A DNA stretch of 64,000 nt from Acinetobacter sp. (GCF_039596015.1 NZ_JBCNKN010000006.1:17471-81470); one strand, 5' to 3'. Positions 9,844-20,278 are shown, counted from the stretch's first letter. The notes: generated from the sequence alone by a model not told the origin. Made by a program: numbers and translations.

Positions 9844-10875
9844 TTAATGTAGAGACAATTCATGACTAAAAATCAAACGAACACCGTCCCAATGAATATA
9901 GCCTTGATCTAACAGACTTTTTAATAGAATTTGCACATCTGCTTCGGGGAAAAGTTCGACCAGCATATCGCGTAATTCAAATAAGTTTTTCGGTCTTTCT
10001 TGCTTTAATTCAGCCAAATGCTGTGTGATTTTCAAACAAATTGGTTCTAAAACCTCAGGTTGTACTGCATTTATGACAGTACCTTTTTGCTGCAAAACTT
10101 TCATTAAACCGTTCAGATCGGTCAATACCACTTGAGGTGCAGCATCACCTTCGCCAAATGTCGGCAAAACTGACTGTAACATCTGCTGAATCATGGCAAC
10201 AGGAGGCTCAAGTTCAAGCTGTAAATTGACCCAGTGTTTCAAAATCTTTTTGCGATAACTGACCTGATCATCCAGACATTTAATAATTTTTAAATTGCTT
10301 AACATTCCCACTAAAGCGGGCGTTGCTTCAAGCGGAATTTGCAGGGTATTGACCAATGAATTTTTTAAGGCATCCAAATGCGTTGGTTTACCTTCCATTT
10401 TATCCAAAGCATGGCAGTAGCGTTTGATCAATAACAATTGTGGATTTTGCAGAAACGCCTCTGGGCTTGGCATCTTATATGCTTTTAATTCTGGACGTTG
10501 TGATGTTGTTGCAACCTTTGCCAGCTCTGTTCGTTGGCAATCAATCTGGCAGGCCAAAAGAACCTGTTGGATATCTAAAAAGGTGTCTTCATCTGCGACA
10601 ATCAAAAGTTCTTGCTGAGGGCTTAATTGCGCCAAAAGTTGCCCCGCCAAGACGGTATTTTCCTGTTGCGCATGTTCTAGCACAGGAAGCGATAATACCT
10701 GTAGGCGACCTTGCTGTATCCATTCAGCGACTGCTGTCAGGTCTGACAGCGCCAGCTTGCAGTCATTCTGCCGATGAAAGATATAAACAGTCGAATGTTG
10801 TTCAAATAACTGTTTGAATTGTGCTGTAGAGAGTGGGATATAGGCTAAATCAATTAAAACGACTGTTTTTTTCAT
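9844..10875 (-). CDS. Hypothetical protein; the N-terminus resembles a degenerate NYN/PIN-like fold
   Basis: 343-aa ORF. VVLIDLAY and LLIVADEDTFLD sit where the NYN motifs xLIDxxN and IVSxDxDF occur. The similarity is judged by eye only. Confidence 0.55.
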   Translation of the reverse strand: MKKTVVLIDLAYIPLSTAQFKQLFEQHSTVYIFHRQNDCKLALSDLTAVAEWIQQGRLQVLSLPVLEHAQQENTVLAGQLLAQLSPQQELLIVADEDTFLDIQQVLLACQIDCQRTELAKVATTSQRPELKAYKMPSPEAFLQNPQLLLIKRYCHALDKMEGKPTHLDALKNSLVNTLQIPLEATPALVGMLSNLKIIKCLDDQVSYRKKILKHWVNLQLELEPPVAMIQQMLQSVLPTFGEGDAAPQVVLTDLNGLMKVLQQKGTVINAVQPEVLEPICLKITQHLAELKQERPKNLFELRDMLVELFPEADVQILLKSLLDQGYIHWDGVRLIFSHELSLH

Positions 10876-10916
10876 AACACACGATTTCTAAATAACAAAA
10901 TAACCAGCCCTAAGCA

Positions 10917-11162
10917 TTAATAATGCGGTGGTCGATTGGTTAACGGATCGAACGGAGCAATGCCTTCAGATAAATCGGCAGCATCCACACGTTGATAAAG
11001 AAACTGCATTTGTCTTCTTAAATCTGCAATTTCTTGCCCCTGTACAGCGATTTGCTGATTTAATTGTTCAACTAAATCGTCTAAAAATGCAATTCGCACT
11101 TGCAAATCTTCAATGGGTGCGGAAAATGACGTTTGATCATTTTGGTCAACAGATTTAGTCAT
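10917..11162 (-). CDS. slyX: SlyX-family coiled-coil protein
   Basis: 81 aa. LQVRIAFLDDLVEQLNQQIAVQGQEIADLRRQMQFLYQRV matches the SlyX pattern. GAGGAG SD upstream. Confidence 0.75.
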   Translation of the reverse strand: MTKSVDQNDQTSFSAPIEDLQVRIAFLDDLVEQLNQQIAVQGQEIADLRRQMQFLYQRVDAADLSEGIAPFDPLTNRPPHY

Positions 11163-11196
11163 TTTACTCTCCTCACTTGAGATTTTAGGAAACTCT

Positions 11197-13101
11197 ATGG
11201 CCTATATTACTTTAAGGGATGTCCAGCTTGCCTTTGGTGGACCTGCCCTCCTTGACGGCGCGAACTTCACACTAGATCGTGGCGAACGGGTCTGTTTAAT
11301 TGGGCGTAATGGTGAAGGCAAATCTACCCTGCTTAAACTGATTGAAGGAAGCCTATTGCCTGATCGGGGTGAAGTTTCAATTCAAAACGGACTCAGCATT
11401 TCCATGTTGGCACAAGATGTACCCATGGACTCAGGTAAAGTCGCAGACATTGTAGCAGAAGGTGCAGGAGAAGTAGCACAAGTCCTCAAAGAATATCATA
11501 TTGCAAGCGATGCCTGTGTTCTGGGCGATATGAATGCCTGTGAACAAATGGGTGACTTACAGCACAAACTTGATCAACTTGATGGTTGGTCACTTGAAAA
11601 TAAAGTGAATACCATTTTGGGTAAAATGGGACTCGACCCAAATGCTGACCTTGCCGATTTATCTGGTGGACGTAAACGTCGTGTGCTCTTGGCACGTGCC
11701 TTGTTGAATCAACCTGACATTTTATTACTCGACGAACCAACCAACCACCTTGACGTCGAAAGTATTGAATGGCTTGAAAAATTCTTACTCGAACAAAACA
11801 ACTTAACCTTGCTGTTTATTTCGCATGACCGCGCCTTTGTTGATCGCTTGGCGACTCGTATTGTTGAACTTGACCGAGGAGTTTTGCGTAGTTTTGAAGG
11901 AAACTATTCACGCTATTTAGATTTAAAAGCGCAACAACTTGAAGCCGAAGAAAAACAAAATGCCTTGTTTGAAAAGAAACTGGCTGAAGAAGAAGCATGG
12001 ATTCGCCAAGGCATTAAAGCACGTCGTACCCGTAACGAAGGACGTGTCCGTGCCTTAAAAACTTTGCGTGAAGAATCAAAAGCACGTCGTTTCCAACAAG
12101 GCAAAGTCAATATGGGCGTTCAGGAAGCACAGCGTTCAGGCAAACTGGTGTTTGACATCGAACGCTTGGGCGTGGCTTATAATGATATTCCGTTAATCCG
12201 AGACTTCTCAGCCATTGTAATGCGTGGTGACCGTATCGGATTGGTTGGTGACAACGGTGTCGGAAAAACCACACTCATCAAAGCCATTTTGGGTGAAATT
12301 GAACACACTGGCTCAGTCAAAATCGGTACACAACTAGAGGTTGCTTACTTCGATCAATTGCGTAATCAGCTTGAACTTGAAAAATCAGTGATGGCGAACG
12401 TCTCTGAAGGTTCAGATTTTGTCGATGTAAATGGTCAGCGCCGTCATATTTATAGCTACCTGCAAGACTTCCTATTTTCTCCAGAACGCGCCCGTACGCC
12501 TGTCAAAGCCTTGTCGGGTGGTGAACGCAACCGTGTTTTACTTGCCAAGTTATTGCTTAAACCATCCAACCTCATTGTGATGGATGAACCAACCAATGAC
12601 TTAGACATGGTCACACTTGAGCTTTTAGAAGAAATGCTGGCCGAATATAAAGGCACATTGCTTTTGATCAGCCATGACCGTGCCTTTATGGATAACGTCG
12701 TAACCTCTACATGGGTATTCGATGGTAAAGGTCATATTGAAGAATATATCGGTGGCTATCAGGATTACTTACAACAACGTCCAGATCAAACCGTTGTTGA
12801 TCAAAAAAGTGATGTCAAAAAAGCCCAAGCAAAAGCCGATGCTGCCACTGCACCTGCTGTAAAAAAAGTTAAACTTAGCTATAAAGATCAGCGTGAACTT
12901 GAACAATTACCTGCTGAAATTGAAAAGTTAGAAGCTGAACAAAACAAACTTTCAGAAAAATTAGCAGATGGTTCATGGTTTATCACTGATGCCGATGCTG
13001 CAACCCAAGCCAGTCAACGTCTTTCAGAAATTGAAGAGTTACTTCTAGAAAAACTAGAGCGTTGGGACACGCTTGAAAATATGAGTAACAGCAATTCGTA
13101 A
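11197..13101 (+). CDS. uup: ABC-F family ATPase Uup
   Basis: Two ABC cassettes (GRNGEGKST / LSGGRKRR / LLLDEPTNHLD and GDNGVGKTT / LSGGERNR / IVMDEPTNDLD), a charged linker and a C-terminal coiled-coil DNA-binding tail. Confidence 0.9.
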   Translation: MAYITLRDVQLAFGGPALLDGANFTLDRGERVCLIGRNGEGKSTLLKLIEGSLLPDRGEVSIQNGLSISMLAQDVPMDSGKVADIVAEGAGEVAQVLKEYHIASDACVLGDMNACEQMGDLQHKLDQLDGWSLENKVNTILGKMGLDPNADLADLSGGRKRRVLLARALLNQPDILLLDEPTNHLDVESIEWLEKFLLEQNNLTLLFISHDRAFVDRLATRIVELDRGVLRSFEGNYSRYLDLKAQQLEAEEKQNALFEKKLAEEEAWIRQGIKARRTRNEGRVRALKTLREESKARRFQQGKVNMGVQEAQRSGKLVFDIERLGVAYNDIPLIRDFSAIVMRGDRIGLVGDNGVGKTTLIKAILGEIEHTGSVKIGTQLEVAYFDQLRNQLELEKSVMANVSEGSDFVDVNGQRRHIYSYLQDFLFSPERARTPVKALSGGERNRVLLAKLLLKPSNLIVMDEPTNDLDMVTLELLEEMLAEYKGTLLLISHDRAFMDNVVTSTWVFDGKGHIEEYIGGYQDYLQQRPDQTVVDQKSDVKKAQAKADAATAPAVKKVKLSYKDQRELEQLPAEIEKLEAEQNKLSEKLADGSWFITDADAATQASQRLSEIEELLLEKLERWDTLENMSNSNS

Positions 13102-13107
13102 TTGCGC

Positions 13108-13135
13108 AAAAAACCACGCCTCGGCGTGGTTTTTT
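13108..13135. terminator. Bidirectional intrinsic terminator (uup / cybC)
   Basis: AAAAAACCACGCC..GGCGTGGTTTTTT. Confidence 0.8.
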
Positions 13136-13153
13136 ATATCGTTTGAAATGAAC

Positions 13154-13543
13154 TCAACGAAATTTCTTATGATTTTCTTTTTTGATTGCATCAATCGCGG
13201 GAATCGCTTGCACTTGTGCTTGCTGTAACTTGCCTTCTTTCACCAAAGTAAGCGTTTGATTCAGCTCTAAAACCAGGTGATCTAACCCTTTACGGTAGCC
13301 TTGGACTTGAGGGCTATTTTCAGGTTGATCAACCAACTTTTTCGGGGTAGATTTTTTCGCATCCAATGCTGCCTGCTGCATTGTCGTCAAAGCCATAACC
13401 GCTTCTTGTTGACTGTTGGTTTTCTTAAATGTTCGATAATTTTTTTCTAATACTTTCATGTCTTGCTCCAAATCTGCTGCAAAACTCGATTGCATGACCA
13501 GACCCAAAGCAAAAACACTTGCGATTGCGAACTTGATTTTCAA
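13154..13543 (-). CDS. cybC: Soluble cytochrome b562
   Basis: The mature sequence ADLEQDMKVLEKNY...KKENHKKFR aligns along its length with E. coli cytochrome b562, including the Met7 and C-terminal His haem ligands. The likely start is the TTG at 13541-13543 behind AAGGAGAGG, giving signal peptide KIKFAIASVFALGLVMQSSFA. The ORF-track start at 13630 is probably over-extended. Confidence 0.85.
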   Translation of the reverse strand: MKIKFAIASVFALGLVMQSSFAADLEQDMKVLEKNYRTFKKTNSQQEAVMALTTMQQAALDAKKSTPKKLVDQPENSPQVQGYRKGLDHLVLELNQTLTLVKEGKLQQAQVQAIPAIDAIKKENHKKFR

Positions 13544-13725
13544 AATACCTCTCCTTGCATCAACATGAGGGACTGTAGTCTTAACCACAAATTTAATGGC
13601 CAAGACACATAAACTGAGATAGACAGACAACCCATTATCCTGTGTCTAACTTAAGCTGATCTTTGAATTAAATCGAGCCTAAATTTACATTTTTTGCATA
13701 AACAAAATCAAAAAGCCTTATTCAC

Positions 13726-13965
13726 CTATTGTTCTTTGAGCTGGGGGTTAAAAACCCGCTGTCCTGAGGCAGGAAATTTTTCTAATCTATTTACTGGACG
13801 CACAGGTCGTTTAACCAATTCACCACCACAATTTGGACAAATATAATTTAAAATCTGCTCACTACAGATTCGACAAAATGTACATTCAAACGAACAAATC
13901 AAAGCATCTGTATCAGGTGCTAAATCTGCATCACAACATTCACAGTTTGGACGCAATTCAAGCAT
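13726..13965 (-). CDS. DUF1272-type zinc-ribbon protein
   Basis: 79 aa with the cysteine pattern CECC...CSFECTFC...CPNCGG typical of DUF1272. Confidence 0.7.
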   Translation of the reverse strand: MLELRPNCECCDADLAPDTDALICSFECTFCRICSEQILNYICPNCGGELVKRPVRPVNRLEKFPASGQRVFNPQLKEQ

Positions 13966-14137
13966 GATATTTATCCTTATTTTTTAAAATTACTATAAAC
14001 AAACAGGTATTGATCAACATAAATATTAATCAACACTCTTTTTTATTTTTTAATTTATCAATTCATCAGATTTGAATAAATTTTAGTACAGAATTTATGC
14101 TATATCTATCTACATCATCCTATTCGGGTATTTTCTC

Positions 14138-14770
14138 ATGTTAAATCTTTCTCAAGTTTTAGCATTCGGCTTAATTTGTCTGGCAATGGTTCTCACGCCT
14201 GGCCCAAATATGATTTACCTAATTTCACGCTCAATTTGTCAAGGGAAAATGGCAGGTTTTATTTCTTTGGGCGGTGTTGCTGTTGGTTTTATCTTTTATA
14301 TGCTCTGTGCTTCTTTTGGGATTACAGCATTAATTGTTGCCGTTCCATACGCTTATGACAGCATTCGCATAGCAGGCGCGATTTATTTACTTTGGTTGGC
14401 ATGGAAAGCGTTACGTCCCAATGCTGCACCAATCTTTAATGTCAAAAATTTAACCGTAGATTCTCCCTTTAAATTATTTGTGATGGGTTTTCTGACCAAC
14501 TTACTTAACCCCAAAATCGCCATTATGTATTTGTCTTTGCTGCCACAATTTATTCATCCACAACAAGGCAGCGTCTTACTACAATCCATTGAACTAGGCA
14601 TCATTCAAATTATTGTGAGCGTTTCTGTCAATGCACTGATTGTACTTTCTGCAGGGAGTATTGCACTGTTTTTACAGAAAAAACCTTTTTGGGCAAACAT
14701 TCAACGCTGGTTTATGGGTACAGTTCTTGCAGGATTAGCAATCCGTATTCTTTTAGAACATAAACGCTAG
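14138..14770 (+). CDS. LysE/RhtB-family amino-acid exporter
   Basis: 210 aa, six TM helices, N-terminal LTPGPN motif characteristic of the LysE family. Confidence 0.85.
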   Translation: MLNLSQVLAFGLICLAMVLTPGPNMIYLISRSICQGKMAGFISLGGVAVGFIFYMLCASFGITALIVAVPYAYDSIRIAGAIYLLWLAWKALRPNAAPIFNVKNLTVDSPFKLFVMGFLTNLLNPKIAIMYLSLLPQFIHPQQGSVLLQSIELGIIQIIVSVSVNALIVLSAGSIALFLQKKPFWANIQRWFMGTVLAGLAIRILLEHKR

Positions 14771-14949
14771 ACAAATCTAACATTAAGGTCGTTTCTTTAA
14801 GTAATTTTTGGAACGACATTCTTCTTCATCTTTTTGATTATTTTAATAATTTGAATATTTCTACTGTTATAAACACCACAAGAGATGACAATTCCAATAA
14901 AACTTCATGCTACACTGCATCAAAAATTGCTTCTGTCTATAATCGGTCT

Positions 14950-15885
14950 ATGAGTAAACAGCAACATCCTATTCCTGGAAAATTTGAATGGTCATTTCTG
15001 CTTCCCCAATATTGGGGTGCATGGCTTTCAATTGTTTTTTTGATGCTACTTGCTATTTTACCTTGGACAATTCAACGCTTTGTAGCACATCTATTCGCAA
15101 ATCTTGCATGGAAATTACTAAAATCTCGACGTAAAACAACGATGCGGAATCTGGAAGTTTGTTTTCCCGAATGGTCTGCTCAAGAAGTTGAAACTCAAGC
15201 TAAACAAGTGTTTGTCGACATGATGTTAGGGACATTTGAAACGCTAAATGCGTGGTACTGCCCAACGTGGTTTAAAAACCGTGTCACGATTGAGGGGCTT
15301 GAACACATCACTCAAGCTCAGGCAAAAGGTCAAGGCGTGCTTTTACTCGGCACACACAGCACGTTATTAGATGCAGGTGGCTATATTTGCTCAAAATATT
15401 TTGACCCAGATGTGGTGTACCGTCCGCAAAACAACCCTTTATTAGACATGTTGATCTATCGTTGTCGTGCCACAATTTATAAAGCACAAATCGACCATGA
15501 TGATATGCGTGGATTAATTCGGCACTTAAAAAATGGGGATGCCATCTGGTATAGCCCAGACCAAGATTTTGGTTTGAAACAAGGCGTTATGGCTCCTTTT
15601 TTTGGCGTCCCTGCTGCGACCGTTACTGCACATCGTCGCTTACTAAAAATTTCAAAAGCGGCGGCTGTCCCGCTGTATTTTTATCGGCATGGTGATGAAG
15701 CCGACCCTCGCTACCATATTCTCATTGAACCCGCTTTAGATCACTTCCCTTCTGAAAATGAAGTCGAAGATGCAACTCGGGTGAATAAAATCATTGAGCA
15801 ACAACTCAGAATCGCACCTGCGCAATATATGTGGTTTCACCGTCGTTTTAAAACACGCCCTGAAGGCTACGACAAAATTTATTAA
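14950..15885 (+). CDS. Lipid A biosynthesis late acyltransferase (LpxL/LpxM/HtrB family)
   Basis: N-terminal TM helix and an HS(x4)D-type acyltransferase motif (GTHSTLLDAGG). The ATG at 14950 (MSKQQHPIPGKFEW) fits family length better than the TTG at 14851. Confidence 0.8.
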   Translation: MSKQQHPIPGKFEWSFLLPQYWGAWLSIVFLMLLAILPWTIQRFVAHLFANLAWKLLKSRRKTTMRNLEVCFPEWSAQEVETQAKQVFVDMMLGTFETLNAWYCPTWFKNRVTIEGLEHITQAQAKGQGVLLLGTHSTLLDAGGYICSKYFDPDVVYRPQNNPLLDMLIYRCRATIYKAQIDHDDMRGLIRHLKNGDAIWYSPDQDFGLKQGVMAPFFGVPAATVTAHRRLLKISKAAAVPLYFYRHGDEADPRYHILIEPALDHFPSENEVEDATRVNKIIEQQLRIAPAQYMWFHRRFKTRPEGYDKIY

Positions 15886-15900
15886 GATTAGGAAATACGC

Positions 15901-16998
15901 ATGAAAGTAATGCAATTGCTTCCCGAACTAAACAGTGGCGGTGTTGAACGAGGAACACTTGAAATTGCACGAGCCTTGGTTGCTCAAGGTCATCAATCTG
16001 TGGTGGTTTCCAATGGTGGGCGCTTAGTGCCAGATCTTGAAGCTGAAGGCACTTTACATATTCCGCTTGCCATCCATAAAAAATCATTATCGAGTTTGCT
16101 ACAGATTTTTTCTTTGCGGAAAATCATTGAACAGCAACGTCCAGATATTCTCCATGTTCGCTCACGGGTTCCTGCATGGTTAACGCACCTTGCCTTAAAA
16201 GGAATTTCTGCTGCCAAACGTCCGCATTTAATCAGCACTGTTCATGGTTTTTATTCCGTTAACCGTTACAGCGCCATTATGACCAAAGCAGAAAAAGTAA
16301 TTGCGGTATCTGACAGTGTGGTGGCATATATTCAGGAAAATTATCCTGAATGCCCGCCCGAAGATATTGTGCGGATTTACCGTGGTATCGACCCGAAAGC
16401 ATTTCCGCATGGCTATCAACCTTCAGCACAATGGTTAAATCGTATTTTTGCCGATTATCCTCAACTTGAGGATAAATTTATTTTGTGTTTACCGGGGCGT
16501 ATTACCCGCTTAAAAGGTCATGAAACCCTGATTGCACTTATGCAGCAGTTAAAGAACCATCCTCATGTACATGCCGTTGTCGTGGGCGGTGCGGATGCCA
16601 AAAAGCAGGCTTATCTGGATGAACTCGAACAGAGCATTCAAAAAGAACAACTCACACAGCAGATTACGTTTGTTGGTCATCGTTCAGATATTCGTGAATG
16701 GTTAGCCTTTAGCGATGTAGTACTCTCACTTTCAAATCAGGCTGAAACCTTTGGACGTACTGCACTAGAGGCACTTTCTGTTGGAACGCCTGTGATTGGT
16801 TGGAAACGTGGCGGTGTTGCTGAAATCTTATCGCAACTCTATCCTCAAGGGCTGATTGAAGTTGATGACCAGCAGCAATTATTAACCACGGTACAACGCC
16901 ATATTGAACAGCCGCAACCTGTTGCACCTGTAACCCAGTTTAGCTTACAAGAGATGTGTCAGCAGACATTGGCACTTTATACGTCGATATTAAAATAA
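15901..16998 (+). CDS. GT4-family glycosyltransferase (probable LOS core biosynthesis)
   Basis: N-terminal GGVERG and a C-terminal E(x7)E-type motif (ETFGRTALEALSVGTPVI). Immediately downstream of the lipid A acyltransferase. Confidence 0.8.
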   Translation: MKVMQLLPELNSGGVERGTLEIARALVAQGHQSVVVSNGGRLVPDLEAEGTLHIPLAIHKKSLSSLLQIFSLRKIIEQQRPDILHVRSRVPAWLTHLALKGISAAKRPHLISTVHGFYSVNRYSAIMTKAEKVIAVSDSVVAYIQENYPECPPEDIVRIYRGIDPKAFPHGYQPSAQWLNRIFADYPQLEDKFILCLPGRITRLKGHETLIALMQQLKNHPHVHAVVVGGADAKKQAYLDELEQSIQKEQLTQQITFVGHRSDIREWLAFSDVVLSLSNQAETFGRTALEALSVGTPVIGWKRGGVAEILSQLYPQGLIEVDDQQQLLTTVQRHIEQPQPVAPVTQFSLQEMCQQTLALYTSILK

Positions 16999-17634
16999 GC
17001 ATCAAATTAAAACCCGAGATCAGCGTCCTGCCAAACTCGGGTTCAATTGAGGTTGTGCTTTCTACAGAATATTTTTTATTATTTTCTTCTCTTTTACGTC
17101 CTGTTAACATCCGTTCCATGATGCTGATCCATCGGCATTTACGCTATCCATAATGGGACTGTCCTTTCCCTGCTCCTTGCGCCGATGTAGACATCATAAA
17201 ATCTGCAATACATTTTCAAAATAGGTATTTTGCCTGAATCAATGTAAGCATTTTCTTACATCAATCTATTCAAACCTCAAATTTGATGATCTAGCCAATT
17301 CATAGATTCAACTCGAATTCCACATAAAATTGTCATGTACGCTTCAACCTGAAATGTTTCATTACACTAGGTGCTATTGATATTTGATTTCCCCCCAAAC
17401 TTATCGTCTAAAATAACTAAAATAGGCCGAAACAAAGTTTGAGCTATCCACTGAAAAATATCAGTAAACCCTGCAAATTCTCTTTTCTTGGCTTTATCAC
17501 TTTTGTGTGTATGGAAAACAAGATATTTCACTCAATTATTTGAGTGTTTAGCTGCTGTAGCTCTTGCAGTTCAGACTACTTTTGATACACTCAAAAACCT
17601 TTATTTTTTTATCACAATACCGAGGCACAATGAC

Positions 17635-18753
17635 ATGAAAGTAGGTCTGGTCGGTTGGCGTGGGATGGTGGGTTCCGTCCTTATGCAGCGTATGGTTGAA
17701 GAGAATGATTTTGCTCATTTTGAGCCATTCTATTTCTCTACCAGTAACGCAGGTGGAGAAGCACCTGCATTTGGTGGAAAAACTGCCCCAGCACTTATGG
17801 ATGCAACAGACATTAAGAGTCTGAAGCAAATGGATGTCATTATTACCTGCCAAGGTGGTGACTACACGTCTGAAGTTTTCCCTCAGCTAAAAGCAACTGG
17901 CTGGAATGGCTACTGGATTGACGCCGCGTCAACATTGCGTATGGCGGATGATGCCGTGATCGTACTTGATCCTGTCAATTTGAATGTCATTCAGGATTCA
18001 TTAGCCAAAGGCGGTAAAACATTCGTTGGTGGAAACTGTACTGTTTCTCTCATGTTGATGGGTTTAGGTTCGCTTTTCCAAAACAACTTAGTTGAATGGA
18101 TGAGTGCCATGACTTATCAGGCAGCCTCTGGTGCTGGTGCGCAAAACATGCGTGAACTCATCACAGGTATGGGTTATTTATATAACAATACCAAAACATT
18201 GTTAGATGATCCTAAATCTGCAATTTTGGATATTGACCGTCAAGTTGCCGAATTACAACGTGGCGAAGGTTTCCCTCAAGCAAACTTTGGTGTGCCTTTA
18301 GCAGGTTCCCTCATTCCATATATCGACAAACAGCTTGAAAATGGCCAGTCAAAAGAAGAATGGAAAGGTCAGGCTGAAACCAACAAAATTTTAGGCAACA
18401 GTCAGATTATTCCAATCGATGGTCACTGTGTGCGTATCGGTGCAATGCGTTGTCACTCTCAAGCTTTAACAATCAAACTGAAAAAAGATGTTCCATTGGA
18501 CGAAATTGAAGATATGATTCGTCACTCAAACCAATGGGCAAAAGTGGTTCCAAATACACGTGAAGCGTCTATGACGGATCTAACACCTGTTGCAGTTACT
18601 GGGACTTTATCGGTACCTGTAGGCCGTCTACGTAAACTTAACATGGGTAAAGAATACTTAGGTGCTTTTACTGTCGGTGACCAACTTCTTTGGGGTGCTG
18701 CTGAACCTTTACGTCGTATGCTTCGTATTTTAATTGAATACAAAACTGCATAA
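17635..18753 (+). CDS. asd: Aspartate-semialdehyde dehydrogenase
   Basis: [16 protein letters not shown]-terminus and active-site [11 protein letters not shown]. The ORF-track start at 17488 adds 49 non-homologous residues. Confidence 0.95.
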   Translation: MKVGLVGWRGMVGSVLMQRMVEENDFAHFEPFYFSTSNAGGEAPAFGGKTAPALMDATDIKSLKQMDVIITCQGGDYTSEVFPQLKATGWNGYWIDAASTLRMADDAVIVLDPVNLNVIQDSLAKGGKTFVGGNCTVSLMLMGLGSLFQNNLVEWMSAMTYQAASGAGAQNMRELITGMGYLYNNTKTLLDDPKSAILDIDRQVAELQRGEGFPQANFGVPLAGSLIPYIDKQLENGQSKEEWKGQAETNKILGNSQIIPIDGHCVRIGAMRCHSQALTIKLKKDVPLDEIEDMIRHSNQWAKVVPNTREASMTDLTPVAVTGTLSVPVGRLRKLNMGKEYLGAFTVGDQLLWGAAEPLRRMLRILIEYKTA

Positions 18754-18772
18754 ACGCATTGCCTAAAATAGT

Positions 18773-18803
18773 AAAGCCAATCTTTTGATTGGCTTTATTT
18801 TAT
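18773..18803 (+). terminator. asd terminator
   Basis: AAAGCCAATC-TTTT-GATTGGCTTT followed by a T-rich tail. Confidence 0.8.
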
Positions 18804-18880
18804 CGTTCATAAATTTACAATCGGCCTTCATACAGCTACATTATAGCCAACCCTGTCGGCTGCTCTATTTAGTAGATAAA

Positions 18881-20230
18881 ATGACCAAATACAATAAACT
18901 TTCTTCCCTTATTTTATTTAGCCTGGTTTCTCAGTTGGGGCATACTTTAAGTTTCGATAGTGCCAATGTCCAGTCGGGTCAAGGACAGCTATTGTATGTG
19001 GAAATTCCCTACCACAATGCTAATAATAATCAGGGCTTGCAAGTTAATCTAGCGTCAGGTGAAGATTTAATGCAGGTCGGTGTTACACCAACCTCAGACA
19101 ATAATTTAAATATTTTTGTACGTCGGACCAGTGCCAACAGTGGTGTCATTGTCGTTACATCAGATCGCCCTATTACGACAAACCAAATTAATGTTGCACT
19201 CAAAGTTCAGGATGGGGATGGAACGTATATCCAGCAAGTTAAAAAAGCCTTACCTGCTCAGATACCAAAAACAACAGTCGCAACGTCGACCAAAGAAAAA
19301 TCCCTGGTTCCACAAGTGGTCACTGAAAAAGATATTGCGCTGAACTTGCCTACCAGTACGCTTTACAACACAGCAAAACCAGCGATAAGTACCTCAGTAG
19401 TTTCAGCATCTAGCAGTATCACATCGGCAGATCAGCCATTGGCTATTCAGGTTTCTCCACCGCCAGCATTAAAACCAGTACAACCACCTAAAACGAGTGT
19501 GGCAACGGCAGTTAGTCAAAAAACTGAAATACAAATTGCGCATAGTGCTCCATCTGCCCAACAAACCACTGCCCCTATGAACAGTGTTTCAGCTGCTCGA
19601 ACGACTTCTCCTTCAAAAGGTGAACCACAAAAAGAACATACCGCTAAGGCTCAACCAAAAATAAAACAGCCATCCAAAACACAGCCAGCAGTAGCAGACA
19701 CAGCAACACGCTATACCGTGCAACATCAAGATTCTTTATGGGCAATTGCCTCTCGTATTGCGGCTGAAACACACCAGCCTATACCCACGGTGATGAAAGA
19801 AATTAAAATGCTCAATGAGCATGCGTTTATTGCGGGAAATATTAATCGTCTTAAACAGGGTGCTTCACTTAACTTAAATGTAAATCAAAAACCAAGTCAG
19901 GCAAAAACCATCCCGCATCAGACACCTTCGACCACAGCCAAAACAAAATATCGTTTAGATCAGGCAGAAATGAGTCTGATTGCGGATAATCCACATCAAA
20001 TTTCGTCGGATGTGACGCAGCAGGCAAAACAACATCCTGTTTCAAATGCCTTGTCAGGTAAATTACACACAACCCGACAGCAAACCCTTGCTTTACAAAA
20101 ACAAGTGTCACAACTGGACTTTGCTTTACAGCAAAAAGATCATAAACTCCAATTATTAAATGCACGTTTGGCACAGTTGCAGCAACAGCTACAACAACGT
20201 CAGGCAGCAAAAAAGCAACAACATCATTAA
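18881..20230 (+). CDS. fimV: FimV homologue, periplasmic half (signal peptide, FimV N-domain, LysM, Q-rich coiled coil)
   Basis: Signal-like MTKYNKLSSLILFSLVSQLGHT. LysM-like RYTVQHQDSLWAIASRI...LKQGASLNL. Sits in the asd-fimV-truA synteny known from Pseudomonas. Ends at a single TAA that is in frame with the next ORF. Confidence 0.75.
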   Translation: MTKYNKLSSLILFSLVSQLGHTLSFDSANVQSGQGQLLYVEIPYHNANNNQGLQVNLASGEDLMQVGVTPTSDNNLNIFVRRTSANSGVIVVTSDRPITTNQINVALKVQDGDGTYIQQVKKALPAQIPKTTVATSTKEKSLVPQVVTEKDIALNLPTSTLYNTAKPAISTSVVSASSSITSADQPLAIQVSPPPALKPVQPPKTSVATAVSQKTEIQIAHSAPSAQQTTAPMNSVSAARTTSPSKGEPQKEHTAKAQPKIKQPSKTQPAVADTATRYTVQHQDSLWAIASRIAAETHQPIPTVMKEIKMLNEHAFIAGNINRLKQGASLNLNVNQKPSQAKTIPHQTPSTTAKTKYRLDQAEMSLIADNPHQISSDVTQQAKQHPVSNALSGKLHTTRQQTLALQKQVSQLDFALQQKDHKLQLLNARLAQLQQQLQQRQAAKKQQHH

Positions 20231-20278
20231 AGAGATACTACGCTTAAAACAGCCTACTCTCGATGTAAGGATAACAAA

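Noticed and set aside
17488-17634. N-terminal extensions offered by the ORF track for asd (17488), rppH (32295), the lipid A acyltransferase (14851), fimV (18785), the 2-hydroxyacid dehydrogenase (57352), rne (44328), leuB, leuC and cybC
   Set aside because: Family N-termini (for example [10 protein letters not shown] for Asd, [12 protein letters not shown] for Rpp[14 protein letters not shown] for RNase E) begin at internal start codons with better SD sequences. The dehydrogenase extension would run through an upstream terminator.
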